A DNA stretch of 64,000 nucleotides from Patescibacteria group bacterium (GTDB lineage: Bacteria > Patescibacteriota > Minisyncoccia > UBA10092), in NCBI GenBank assembly GCA_043812515.1, contig JBDRMC010000004.1:724-64723 (forward strand). The letters are read 5' to 3'. The first letter of the stretch is position 1; each line of letters starts with the position of its first letter. A program made the translations under genes and the position numbers. This document shows positions 6,513 to 14,865 of the stretch, piece after piece. The notes beneath the pieces are model-generated. The model was not told where the DNA came from, did no database searches, and worked only from the letters and a program-made list of their open reading frames with translations.

Positions 6513-8294
6513 ATGAATATTAGAAATTTCGTTATTATTGCGCATATAGACCATGGAAAATCGACTTTAGCCGACCGGTTTTTGGAGGTGACCGGAACCG
6601 TGTCGCAAAGAAAAATGCGCGAACAATTTTTAGACCAGATGGATTTGGAAAGGGAACGGGGGATAACGATAAAAATGCAGCCGGTACGGATGAATTTCAA
6701 TTACAACGGCGAGGAATATATTTTGAATTTAATAGACACTCCCGGCCATGTTGATTTTACATACGAGGTTTCAAGAGCGCTGGCCGCGGTTGAAGGCGCC
6801 ATTCTTTTGGTTGATGCGACGCAGGGAATTCAGGCGCAAACTATCGCCAATCTTCATTTGGCGAAAAGAGAAAATCTGAAAATCATCGGCGTTATAAATA
6901 AAATTGACTTGATGAACGATCCGGAGAAACTGGAAGGCTTGAAACAAGAAATTGCCAAACTTACCGGGCAAGAACCCGAAGAAATTTTAACGGTATCCGC
7001 GAAAACCGGATTAAACGCGGAAATCATTTTAGAAAAAGTTATAAAAGAATTTCCAGCACCTGAAATAGATAATAAAGAGTCTTTCCGCGCTTTAGTTTTT
7101 GATTCTCACTTTGACGCCTATAAAGGTGTTTTGGCCTATATCAGGGTGATTGAAGGCGAAATATCCAAACAAAAAATGATAAATGCTCTTGCCAGCAAGT
7201 CTAAAATCCAAATTTTAGAAACCGGCGTTTTTAAACCCGAACTTGTACCGGTGGAAAAATTATCTTCCGGGGAAATCGGTTACATCGCCACAGGATTAAA
7301 AAATCCGGAATTAATAAGGGTCGGTGACACTTTGGCGTCCAGTCCAAGCGCAAATCCTTTGCCGGGATATAACGAACCAAAATCCATGGTCTGGGCGAGT
7401 TTTTATCCGGAAACGGCCGACGATTTTGATTTATTAAAAGACGCGCTGGCAAAACTTAAATTAAATGACGCCGCCCTGCATTATGAACCGGAAACGCAAG
7501 AAGCTTTAGGCCGCGGTTTCCGGTTGGGATTTTTGGGAATGCTTCACTTGGACATAACAGCCGAAAGATTAAAACGAGAATATAATAGAGATGTAATAAT
7601 AACCACGCCAACAGTTTCTTATAAAATCAAAACCCGCAAAGGAAAAATTTTGGAAATTTTTACACCGGCCGACTGGCTCGATTCATCGCAAATAGAATCG
7701 GTGGAAGAGCCCTGGGTTAATCTCGGAATTTTGGCGCCGTCGCGATATCTGGGAGGTGTAATGAACTTAATGAGCAATTATCGCGGCGTTTATAACCACA
7801 CCGAATATCTGGGCATGGAACATCTAATTATTAATTTTGATATGCCGCTCTCGGATATTCTGGTTGATTTTCACGATCGTCTAAAAAGCGTTTCCGAAGG
7901 GTACGCTTCAATGAATTATGATTTTTCCGGATTCAAAACGGGCGACTTGGTTAAACTTCAAATTTTAATCGCCGGAGAACCGGTTGAAGCGTTTTCAAAA
8001 ATCGTGTCCAAAGAAAAAGCGTATCACGAAGGCAATTCATTGGTTAAAAAATTAAAAGAAATTGTTCCAAAGCAATATTTTCCCGTTGCTCTTCAAGCGG
8101 CCATAGGAGGAAAAGTTATCGCGAGGGAAACCATACCGGCGATGAGAAAAGATGTTACGGGTTATTTATACGGCGGCGATGTTACCAGGAAAAATAAACT
8201 TTTGGACAAACAGAAAAAAGGCAAAAAGAAAAGAGCGGCTTTCAGCCGCGTTCAATTGGATAGCGATGTCTATTTGAAAATGTTCAGAAATTAA
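6513..8294 (+). CDS. lepA: translation elongation factor 4 (LepA)
   Basis: NIRNFVIIAHIDHGKSTLADR, DTPGHVDF and NKID GTPase motifs plus the LepA C-terminal domain. Start trimmed from 6465 to ATG 6513, the canonical N-terminus. Confidence 0.95.
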   Translation: MNIRNFVIIAHIDHGKSTLADRFLEVTGTVSQRKMREQFLDQMDLERERGITIKMQPVRMNFNYNGEEYILNLIDTPGHVDFTYEVSRALAAVEGAILLVDATQGIQAQTIANLHLAKRENLKIIGVINKIDLMNDPEKLEGLKQEIAKLTGQEPEEILTVSAKTGLNAEIILEKVIKEFPAPEIDNKESFRALVFDSHFDAYKGVLAYIRVIEGEISKQKMINALASKSKIQILETGVFKPELVPVEKLSSGEIGYIATGLKNPELIRVGDTLASSPSANPLPGYNEPKSMVWASFYPETADDFDLLKDALAKLKLNDAALHYEPETQEALGRGFRLGFLGMLHLDITAERLKREYNRDVIITTPTVSYKIKTRKGKILEIFTPADWLDSSQIESVEEPWVNLGILAPSRYLGGVMNLMSNYRGVYNHTEYLGMEHLIINFDMPLSDILVDFHDRLKSVSEGYASMNYDFSGFKTGDLVKLQILIAGEPVEAFSKIVSKEKAYHEGNSLVKKLKEIVPKQYFPVALQAAIGGKVIARETIPAMRKDVTGYLYGGDVTRKNKLLDKQKKGKKKRAAFSRVQLDSDVYLKMFRN

Positions 8295-8307
8295 CGCGTT
8301 GGTGCTA

Positions 8308-8412
8308 CTATCCTATAAGAGGGACGAACATAAAAATCACCATCGATAAAACCGCCAAAATGGTAATAGTGAGCCACAAAGCGTTCAAGTGTTTTTTTGT
8401 TTGTTTTTTCAT
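8308..8412 (-). CDS. possible 34-aa single-pass membrane peptide
   Basis: ATG...TAG ORF MKKQTKKHLNALWLTITILAVLSMVIFMFVPLIG, below the ORF-track cutoff. Basic N-terminus plus one hydrophobic helix. No further support. Confidence 0.25.
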   Translation of the reverse strand: MKKQTKKHLNALWLTITILAVLSMVIFMFVPLIG

Positions 8413-8441
8413 AAGTTGTCTACATATAGATAATAATTAAA

Positions 8442-8837
8442 ATGAAAGAAAAAGACAAATCCACAATTTATGAGCGCCTTTTGAAATCAAGGTTTTTTTT
8501 CATTTTTTTAATTCCGGTTTCTCTGGCTTTGCTGTTAGGTATTTTTCAGCAATTCTATTATCGTTATCAAGTTCAGACAAAATTAAACGAACTTAATGCG
8601 GAAGTCGCCAATTATAAAAAGCAACAGGAAGACTTAACCAAGTTGATTGAGTATTATCAAGATCCGTCCAATCTGGAAAATGAAGCGCGGGTGCGGCTGA
8701 ATCTTAAAAAAGAGGGCGAGAAAGTTGTTATAATTTTACCGACCGCGACTTCAACCGGTGAAAGCCAAACATCCGATAGCGATGAAAATATGCCAAATTA
8801 CAAACAATGGTGGTATTATTTTTTTCCGCGGGATTAG
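8442..8837 (+). CDS. septum formation initiator family protein (FtsB/DivIC-like)
   Basis: N-terminal TM helix, then coiled coil LNELNAEVANYKKQQEDLTKLIEYYQDPSNLENEARVRLNLKKEGE. The last 10 nt overlap tRNA-Gly. Confidence 0.7.
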   Translation: MKEKDKSTIYERLLKSRFFFIFLIPVSLALLLGIFQQFYYRYQVQTKLNELNAEVANYKKQQEDLTKLIEYYQDPSNLENEARVRLNLKKEGEKVVIILPTATSTGESQTSDSDENMPNYKQWWYYFFPRD

Positions 8838-8898
8838 TATAGTGGTAGTACGGTTGCTTCCCAAGCAACAAGTGCGAGTCCGATTCTCGCATCCCGCT
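8828..8898 (+). tRNA. tRNA-Gly (anticodon CCC)
   Basis: Hand-folded cloverleaf: acceptor GCGGGAT/ATCCCGC, anticodon stem GTTGC/GCAAC, loop TTCCCAA, T arm GCGAG-TCCGATT-CTCGC. CCA is not encoded. Confidence 0.9.
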
Positions 8899-8940
8899 CA
8901 GAAGCGATACAATTAAACTAAAAATTCAGTTAAATAATAT

Positions 8941-9255
8941 ATGAACAAATCAAAAATAATTTTTTATAGCATAATCAATTCTTTGGGGGTTTTGGCATAT
9001 ATTTTTCTACTGGTGTCGTTTATGAATAACGGCAAGAATTTTTTCGGTAATTCGTCCGAAATTTTAATTGGAATGGTTATGCTTTCACTTTTTGTTTTAT
9101 CGGCCAGTGTCACTGGCCTGTTGGTTTTGGGCCGCCCCATCCACCTTTATTTTAATGGCTTCAAAAAAGAAGCCCTGGTCCTACTCTTCTCAACCCTTGC
9201 TTGTCTGTTTGCTCTTGTGGTGGTAATTTTAATTATCTTTGTGATATTAAAATAA
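8941..9255 (+). CDS. hypothetical membrane protein (3 predicted TM helices)
   Basis: 104 aa, strongly hydrophobic segments. The stop codon abuts tRNA-Thr. Confidence 0.65.
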   Translation: MNKSKIIFYSIINSLGVLAYIFLLVSFMNNGKNFFGNSSEILIGMVMLSLFVLSASVTGLLVLGRPIHLYFNGFKKEALVLLFSTLACLFALVVVILIIFVILK

Positions 9256-9328
9256 GCCGCCTTAGCTCAGTCGGTAGAGCAGCGCTTTCGTAAAGCGAAG
9301 GTCCCCAGTTCGATTCTGGGAGGCGGCT
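9256..9328 (+). tRNA. tRNA-Thr (anticodon CGU)
   Basis: Acceptor GCCGCCT/AGGCGGC, D arm GCTC-AGTCGGTA-GAGC, anticodon loop TTCGTAA, T arm CCCAG-TTCGATT-CTGGG. Confidence 0.9.
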
Positions 9329-9346
9329 CTGGAAATATAAAAAAAT

Positions 9347-10436
9347 ATGAAGAATATATCCGCCAAAGGCGGATCCGCCTCTGGCGGAAAAGAAAAAATT
9401 CAAGAATTGCTGAACCGGAGCCGCTTTTTGGCGGACCGTCTTTGACATTGCCGGGAAAAAGAAAAGAATTGACGAACTGAAATCGCAAAGCGAAAATCCC
9501 GATTTCTGGAAAAACCAGGACAATGCGAAAAATGTCCATAAAGAAATTTCCGATTTAGAAAAAGAAATTAAACATTGGAGCGATTTGGAAACGGAAATCC
9601 AAGATTTTTCCATTCTTTCCGACGCGGAAGGGGCGGAGGAGGAATATAAAATTTTGGAAGCCAAATTAAACAAACTGGAATTCGTGACATTTCTTTCCGG
9701 CAAATACGACAAAAACAACGCGCTTTTGACAATTTCGGCCGGAGTCGGCGGTCGCGACGCCCAGGATTGGGCTTCTATGCTTTTCAGAATGTATAACCGC
9801 TATTGCGAATCCAAAGGATGGGAAATTTCGGTTTTGCACGAATCGCTTGGCGAGGAAGGAGGAATAAAAAGCGCTACGATGGAAATTTGCGGTTCATACG
9901 CTTACGGCTTTCTTAAAAACGAAGCCGGAGTCCATCGTTTGGTGCGCATTTCGCCATTTTCGCCAACCAAACAACGGCACACATCTTTTGCCGCTTTGGA
10001 GGTCTTGCCCGAAATAGAAGCCAAAGATATAGAAATGAAAACCGAAGAATTAAGAATAGATACTTTCCGTTCATCCGGGCCGGGCGGGCAAAATGTTAAC
10101 AAACGCGAAACGGCGATAAGAATAACGCATTTGCCGACGGGGATTGTGGTGGCGGTTCAGTCGGAACGCTCTCAACAGCAAAACAGGGAAAAAGCGATGC
10201 AACTTCTGGCGTCAAAAGTGCATGCGTTGCAATTGAAAAAAGAAGAGGCAGAACTGTCCAAAACCAAAAAAATTACCAAATCCGCCGAATGGGGCGCTCA
10301 AATTCGCTCGTATGTTTTTCATCCGTATCAAATGGTCAAAGACCACCGCACCGACTACGAAACGTCCCAAATTGAAAAAGTCATGGACGGCGATTTGGAA
10401 GAATTCATCGAAGCGGAGTTGAAGCATTCTCAATAA
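9347..10436 (+). CDS. prfB: peptide chain release factor 2, with programmed +1 frameshift
   Basis: Frame 0 runs ATG 9347 to CTT(9440-9442) TGA(9443-9445) C. The +1 frame from GAC 9444 continues DIAGKKKRIDELKSQSENPDFW... into the tracked ORF, which carries SPF and GGQ motifs. Confidence 0.9.
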
Positions 10437-10438
10437 AC

Positions 10439-10461
10439 AACATCCTTATAAACTTGAGAAT
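10439..10461. promoter_or_regulatory. 23-nt box AACATCCTTATAAACTTGAGAAT, copy 1 (candidate operator)
   Basis: Identical 23-mer recurs at 10783-10805. Copy 1 contains TTGAGA (10454-10459) 16 nt upstream of TATAAT (10476-10481). Confidence 0.5.
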
Positions 10462-10487
10462 GTTGGGGTGTTGTGTATAATATAGTT

Positions 10488-10772
10488 ATGGCAAAGATAA
10501 AGACGGCAAAACAAATGGAACGGCATCTCAAGGGAATGGCGAATCATTACCGCATTGAGATATTGCTTCTGGTTGCGGCGCGTGAATCAATAACCCTTGA
10601 AGATATTGTGGAAGCACTCGGGGCAAATGAGAAAACCATTGGAGAACATACAAGGCGGTTATATCAGGCGGGACTTATCAATAAAAAATATCGCGGTAAA
10701 TTTGTGGAGCATACTTTGTCACCCTACGGCAAAACTTTTGTTAACTTTTTAAAATTATTTCAAAATTCTTAA
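10488..10772 (+). CDS. ArsR/SmtB-like winged-helix transcriptional regulator
   Basis: MANHYRIEILLLVAARESITLEDIVEALGANEKTIGEHTRRLYQAGLINKK is the typical ArsR HTH core. ATG 10488 is preferred over GTG 10473 because TATAAT 10476-10481 would lie inside the longer ORF. Confidence 0.7.
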   Translation: MAKIKTAKQMERHLKGMANHYRIEILLLVAARESITLEDIVEALGANEKTIGEHTRRLYQAGLINKKYRGKFVEHTLSPYGKTFVNFLKLFQNS

Positions 10773-10782
10773 TCTGCTAAAT

Positions 10783-10816
10783 AACATCCTTATAAACTTG
10801 AGAATATAAGGATGTT
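10783..10816. promoter_or_regulatory. 23-nt box copy 2, extended to a perfect 12-bp inverted repeat
   Basis: AACATCCTTATA (10783-10794), 10-nt spacer, TATAAGGATGTT (10805-10816). Lies upstream of TATAAT 10835-10840 and ATG 10849. Confidence 0.5.
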
Positions 10817-10848
10817 GTTTGTACAAAATTAAGGTATAATAAAATAAA

Positions 10849-11070
10849 ATGAATAAAAAAGAAAAAGAAATAGTAAAATCTTTATCTTTAATTCTAAAGT
10901 ACATTAGGAGAGATATTCTCTCAAAAGAACATAGGCATGCCGAGATAAACATTGATTGCATAGAGTGTAAATTTCGTATAATTGAAGGTTATTTGGATTG
11001 GTATAAGGATTTGATAGAGTGGGATAATAAACCAAAATCAAAAAATAAGTTGATTTTTGAGCAGTTTTAA
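10849..11070 (+). CDS. hypothetical small protein (73 aa, Cys/His-containing)
   Basis: ATG ORF preceded by TATAAT 8 nt upstream. Contains HRHAEINIDCIECKF. No family recognised. Confidence 0.55.
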   Translation: MNKKEKEIVKSLSLILKYIRRDILSKEHRHAEINIDCIECKFRIIEGYLDWYKDLIEWDNKPKSKNKLIFEQF

Positions 11071-11101
11071 GGCATAATAGATAATATAAAATAAATTAAT
11101 T

Positions 11102-11272
11102 ATGTTATTTGAATTATTTTTTAGTGGGACATGGCAAGCTATTGAATTTGGTTTGGCAATTCTGGGAGTTTTATTCCTACTGCAAATTATTCGCGATATT
11201 TTGTTAGAGGCGAGAATTAAAAGAAAGGAAAAAGAAGAAGCTGACAAAATTAAAGATAAGTATTTTAAATAA
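11102..11272 (+). CDS. possible 56-aa membrane protein
   Basis: ATG...TAA ORF MLFELFFSGTWQAIEFGLAILGVLFLLQIIRDILLEARIKRKEKEEADKIKDKYFK, below the track cutoff. One TM helix plus a charged tail. Ends 2 nt before aspS. Confidence 0.4.
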   Translation: MLFELFFSGTWQAIEFGLAILGVLFLLQIIRDILLEARIKRKEKEEADKIKDKYFK

Positions 11273-11274
11273 CT

Positions 11275-12639
11275 ATGAAACGGATTTTTGTTGAGGAGAC
11301 GATAAATAAAATAGGGGAGAAGGTTAAGGTATCCGGATGGGTGAATGTTCGCCGCGACCACGGCAAAATTATTTTTATTGACCTGCGCGACCGCACGGGC
11401 TTGCTTCAAGTTGTGTTTGCCGGCGATATCGTAAAAAAGGCTGATATGTTGCGTTCAGAGTGGGTAGTCTCCATTGAAGGAAAAATAAAAGAACGGCCGG
11501 AAAATTTGAAAAATCCAAAGATAGAAACAGGCAGTATTGAAATGGAAGCGGAAGAGCTGGAAATTTTGAATGAAGCAAAAACTCCGCCTTTTGAGATTGG
11601 CGATAAAGACAAAATAAGCGAAGAACTGCGGATGGAATATCGCTATTTGGATTTAAGGGACCCTAAAATGCAGAAAAATTTGCTCAAACGTTCCGAAGTT
11701 TCGCGATTTTTGAATAATTATCTAAAAGACCAGAAGTTTGTTGAAATAGAAACACCGGCCTTAACCAAAGGCACGCCCGAAGGCGCGCGGGAATTTGTCG
11801 TTCCTTCCCGCAAACATCCGGGGAAATTTTATGTATTGCCCCAATCGCCACAGCAGTTCAAGCAATTATTGATGGTCGCCGGCTTGGAAAGATATTTTCA
11901 AATTGCCCGATGTTTTCGCGATGAAGACAGCCGGGGCGACCGCCGGCCGGAATTTACCCAGCTTGATGTTGAAATGAGTTTTGTTGAAGAAAATGACGTG
12001 ATGGATTTAATTGAGGAGATGCTCATTAATTTGATTAAAAATATTTTTCCGGAAAAAAAGATTTCAAGCGGACCGTTTCCGAAACTGGATTATGACGAAA
12101 CAATGGAAAAATATAATTCGGACAAACCGGATTTGAGAAAAGATAAAGACGACTCAAATGAATTGGCTTTTGCGTGGATAGTAAATATGCCCCTTTTTGA
12201 ATATTCGAAAACAGAGAAAAAACTGGTTTCATCTCATCATCCGTTCACATCTCCGGCAACAACCGATTTAAGCAAGCCGGAAGATCTGAAAGCCAAAGCA
12301 TATGACTTGGTTTTAAACGGCTATGAAATCGGCGGCGGCAGTATCAGAATCCATCAGCGCGAGTTACAAAATAAGATATTTGAAATTTTGGGACTAAAAG
12401 AAACGGAAATTGAAGCAAGATTCGGCCATATGCTTAAAGCGTTTGAATACGGCGCTCCGCCTCACGGCGGTATCGCTTTGGGTTTGGACAGATTGTTAAT
12501 GATTTTAATGAATGAATCGTCAATTCGCGAAGTAATCGCTTTTCCCAAAACCGGCGACGACAGAGATTTGCTCATGGGCGCGCCATCGGAAATTAACGAA
12601 AAACAATTGAAAGAAATTCATATTAAATGTACCAAGTAA
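11275..12639 (+). CDS. aspS: aspartyl-tRNA synthetase, bacterial type lacking the GAD insertion domain
   Basis: FYVLPQSPQQFKQLLMVAGLERYFQIARCFRDEDSRGDRRPEFTQLDVEMSF (bacterial motif 2) and GGGSIRIH...GIALGLDRL (motif 3). Only 454 aa. Confidence 0.9.
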   Translation: MKRIFVEETINKIGEKVKVSGWVNVRRDHGKIIFIDLRDRTGLLQVVFAGDIVKKADMLRSEWVVSIEGKIKERPENLKNPKIETGSIEMEAEELEILNEAKTPPFEIGDKDKISEELRMEYRYLDLRDPKMQKNLLKRSEVSRFLNNYLKDQKFVEIETPALTKGTPEGAREFVVPSRKHPGKFYVLPQSPQQFKQLLMVAGLERYFQIARCFRDEDSRGDRRPEFTQLDVEMSFVEENDVMDLIEEMLINLIKNIFPEKKISSGPFPKLDYDETMEKYNSDKPDLRKDKDDSNELAFAWIVNMPLFEYSKTEKKLVSSHHPFTSPATTDLSKPEDLKAKAYDLVLNGYEIGGGSIRIHQRELQNKIFEILGLKETEIEARFGHMLKAFEYGAPPHGGIALGLDRLLMILMNESSIREVIAFPKTGDDRDLLMGAPSEINEKQLKEIHIKCTK

Positions 12640-13376
12640 GTTTGGATAAATTTTCGGGGCCGATGGATTTGTTGTTGTCTTTAATAGAGGAAAAGAAGAT
12701 GGCGATTGGCGAAATTGTTTTAAGCCAAGTAACGGACCAATTTCTTGAGTATCTGAAAAAAATCCAGGAGGATGAAAATTATCAAAGAATTTTAGCTGAT
12801 TTTTTGGTTGTTGCCAGCCGGCTGATTTTAATAAAATCCCGCACACTTCTTCCCGGTTTGGTTTTGAGCCAGGAGGAAGAGGGCGATATAAAAGAATTGG
12901 AAGAACGGCTCAAAGCTTACCAGCAGATAAAAATTTGGGGGCGGGAGCTGGGGAAATGGACAAAAAACAGGCCATCATATTTCGGCAGGGATTCGTATTT
13001 GAATATGCCGGTAACTTGTGGCGAGCAAAGTCGAGCCATATTTTATCCGCCTCAAAATATTTCAGCGGATGATTTATACAAGATTTACGAATCGTTTTTG
13101 AAAGCCCTGCCGCAAATAGAAAAATTGGAAGAAAAAAATCTTCAGAGAATAGTAACGCTTGAACAAAAAATACAGGAATTGAGAGCCAGAATAACTATGG
13201 CGGTTGAATCATCTTTCGCCGATATTTCGCGGGGAGTAAAAACTAAAATTGACATAATTTTGTCTTTTTTGGCGGTTTTAATGCTTTGTCGAACGAGAGT
13301 ATTGGAACTCTCCCAAAACGAAATCTTCGGCGATATTAAGATTAAGCAATGCGTTGAATATAATCAAAATGGATAA
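12627..13376 (+). CDS. scpA: segregation and condensation protein A
   Basis: N-terminus VSLDKFSGPMDLLLSLIEEKKMAIGEIVLSQVTDQFLEYL is typical ScpA. Followed by scpB. Confidence 0.85.
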   Translation: MYQVSLDKFSGPMDLLLSLIEEKKMAIGEIVLSQVTDQFLEYLKKIQEDENYQRILADFLVVASRLILIKSRTLLPGLVLSQEEEGDIKELEERLKAYQQIKIWGRELGKWTKNRPSYFGRDSYLNMPVTCGEQSRAIFYPPQNISADDLYKIYESFLKALPQIEKLEEKNLQRIVTLEQKIQELRARITMAVESSFADISRGVKTKIDIILSFLAVLMLCRTRVLELSQNEIFGDIKIKQCVEYNQNG

Positions 13377-13890
13377 AAAGCATATTTTGGAAAGTTTGTT
13401 GTTTACTTCGGGGCATCCTTTGAGCTATAAAAAATTAGCGGAAATTTCCGAAATTTCCGAAGAAGAAATCATTTTGTCGCTAAAAGAATTGGCGAGCGAT
13501 TATGAACAAAACAACAGGGGATTGCGGCTGGTTTTTTTGGACAATAAAGTTCAGTTGGTTGCCGCGGCGGAATCAAAAGAAGCGACGGAAAAACTATTTA
13601 AAAGCGAGTTTGAAGAAGAACTGTCGCAAGCCGCTTTGGAAACGCTGGCGATAATCGCGTACAAGGGGCCGGTCGGCCGCGCCGCGGTTGAAAATCTGCG
13701 CGGCGTTAATTGCAGTTTTATATTGCAAAGCTTGGCGATGCGCGGTCTGATAGACAAGAAAAACAATCCGGAAGACGGTCGTTCTTATGTTTACAATATA
13801 ACCTTTGATTTTCTTAAACATCTGGGGTTAAATAAGTTAGAAGATTTACCGCAATATATTGAGCTAACTGGCGCAAATATCAAAAAATAA
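13369..13890 (+). CDS. scpB: segregation and condensation protein B
   Basis: ILESLLFTSGHPLSYKKLAEI...ETLAIIAYKGPVGRAAVENLRGVN. ATG 13369 is preferred over TTG 13354. Confidence 0.85.
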   Translation: MDKKHILESLLFTSGHPLSYKKLAEISEISEEEIILSLKELASDYEQNNRGLRLVFLDNKVQLVAAAESKEATEKLFKSEFEEELSQAALETLAIIAYKGPVGRAAVENLRGVNCSFILQSLAMRGLIDKKNNPEDGRSYVYNITFDFLKHLGLNKLEDLPQYIELTGANIKK

Positions 13891-14865
13891 ATGGACGAAA
13901 ATAAAAGATTTTATTTAAAACTTTCTTTGATTCTGGCGGTGATTTTTTTTATTTGGATTTCGGGAAACGAAAAAATCACCGCGCCGGAAACGGCTGTTAA
14001 AAAATCACCGGCCGAAAACAAACCGGCCGCGCTGGTAAATTTTTCACCCGCCATTTTAGACGTCTTTGACGATTCAAAAAATACTTTGCCAAAACGCGAT
14101 TGGTCGGTGCCATATCTTGAGCTTCAGGCGCAGGCGGCCTTGGCCATTAAAACCGACGGCAGCAGGGTTTATTATAATAAAAACATAGAAATACAGAGAT
14201 CAATCGCGTCGCTGACCAAACTGATGACAGTCATTGTTGTCATGGAAAATTATCAGCCCACGGCTGACCAGCCTGGGGCTGGTGATTTGGATGAGATAGT
14301 TACTATACCGATTGAGGCTGTAAAGCGTGAAGGAAGCCGGGGAGATCTTCGCGCCGGAGAAAAAATAACCGTCCGTTCGCTTTTGGACATAATGCTGATT
14401 GAATCGTCCAATGATGCCGCGTTCGCTCTCGCGCAACAGAAAAATAATTTCGTTTCATTAATGAACAAAAAAGCTGAAGAGTTGGGGCTTAGTGGAACGC
14501 ATTTTACCAATCCTGACGGCCTTGATTCACCCAATAATCACTCTTCGGCGCTTGATATAGCGAAGATTTTCGGCTATCTTATTAACAAGCATCCCGAAGT
14601 ATTTGAAATTTTAAAAACAAAAAATATGGTGGTTTATTCCGCCGACGGGAAAATAGAGCATCGCCTTGAAAACACTAATGAACTTTTGGGTAAAACCGAT
14701 GAAATAATTGCCGGCAAAACGGGCTTCACCGACGAAGCCGGCGGCTCTCTGATTCTTTTGATAAAAAACGACATTATAACAGTGGTTTTGGGTTCGCCGA
14801 ACCGTTTCGAAGAATCGGAAAAATTAATTAACTGGCTGAAAACGGCATACATATGGGAGAAATAA
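13891..14865 (+). CDS. D-alanyl-D-alanine carboxypeptidase (S11, PBP5/6-like)
   Basis: SxxK (SLTK), SxN (SSND) and KTG (KTGFT) motifs in the correct order. N-terminal membrane anchor. Confidence 0.85.
   Translation: MDENKRFYLKLSLILAVIFFIWISGNEKITAPETAVKKSPAENKPAALVNFSPAILDVFDDSKNTLPKRDWSVPYLELQAQAALAIKTDGSRVYYNKNIEIQRSIASLTKLMTVIVVMENYQPTADQPGAGDLDEIVTIPIEAVKREGSRGDLRAGEKITVRSLLDIMLIESSNDAAFALAQQKNNFVSLMNKKAEELGLSGTHFTNPDGLDSPNNHSSALDIAKIFGYLINKHPEVFEILKTKNMVVYSADGKIEHRLENTNELLGKTDEIIAGKTGFTDEAGGSLILLIKNDIITVVLGSPNRFEESEKLINWLKTAYIWEK

Noticed and set aside
9233-9718. Minus-strand ORFs of 161 aa and 90 aa.
   Set aside because: They are antisense to tRNA-Thr and to the 5' part of prfB, whose two frames fully explain the region. 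They are low-complexity and have no start context.
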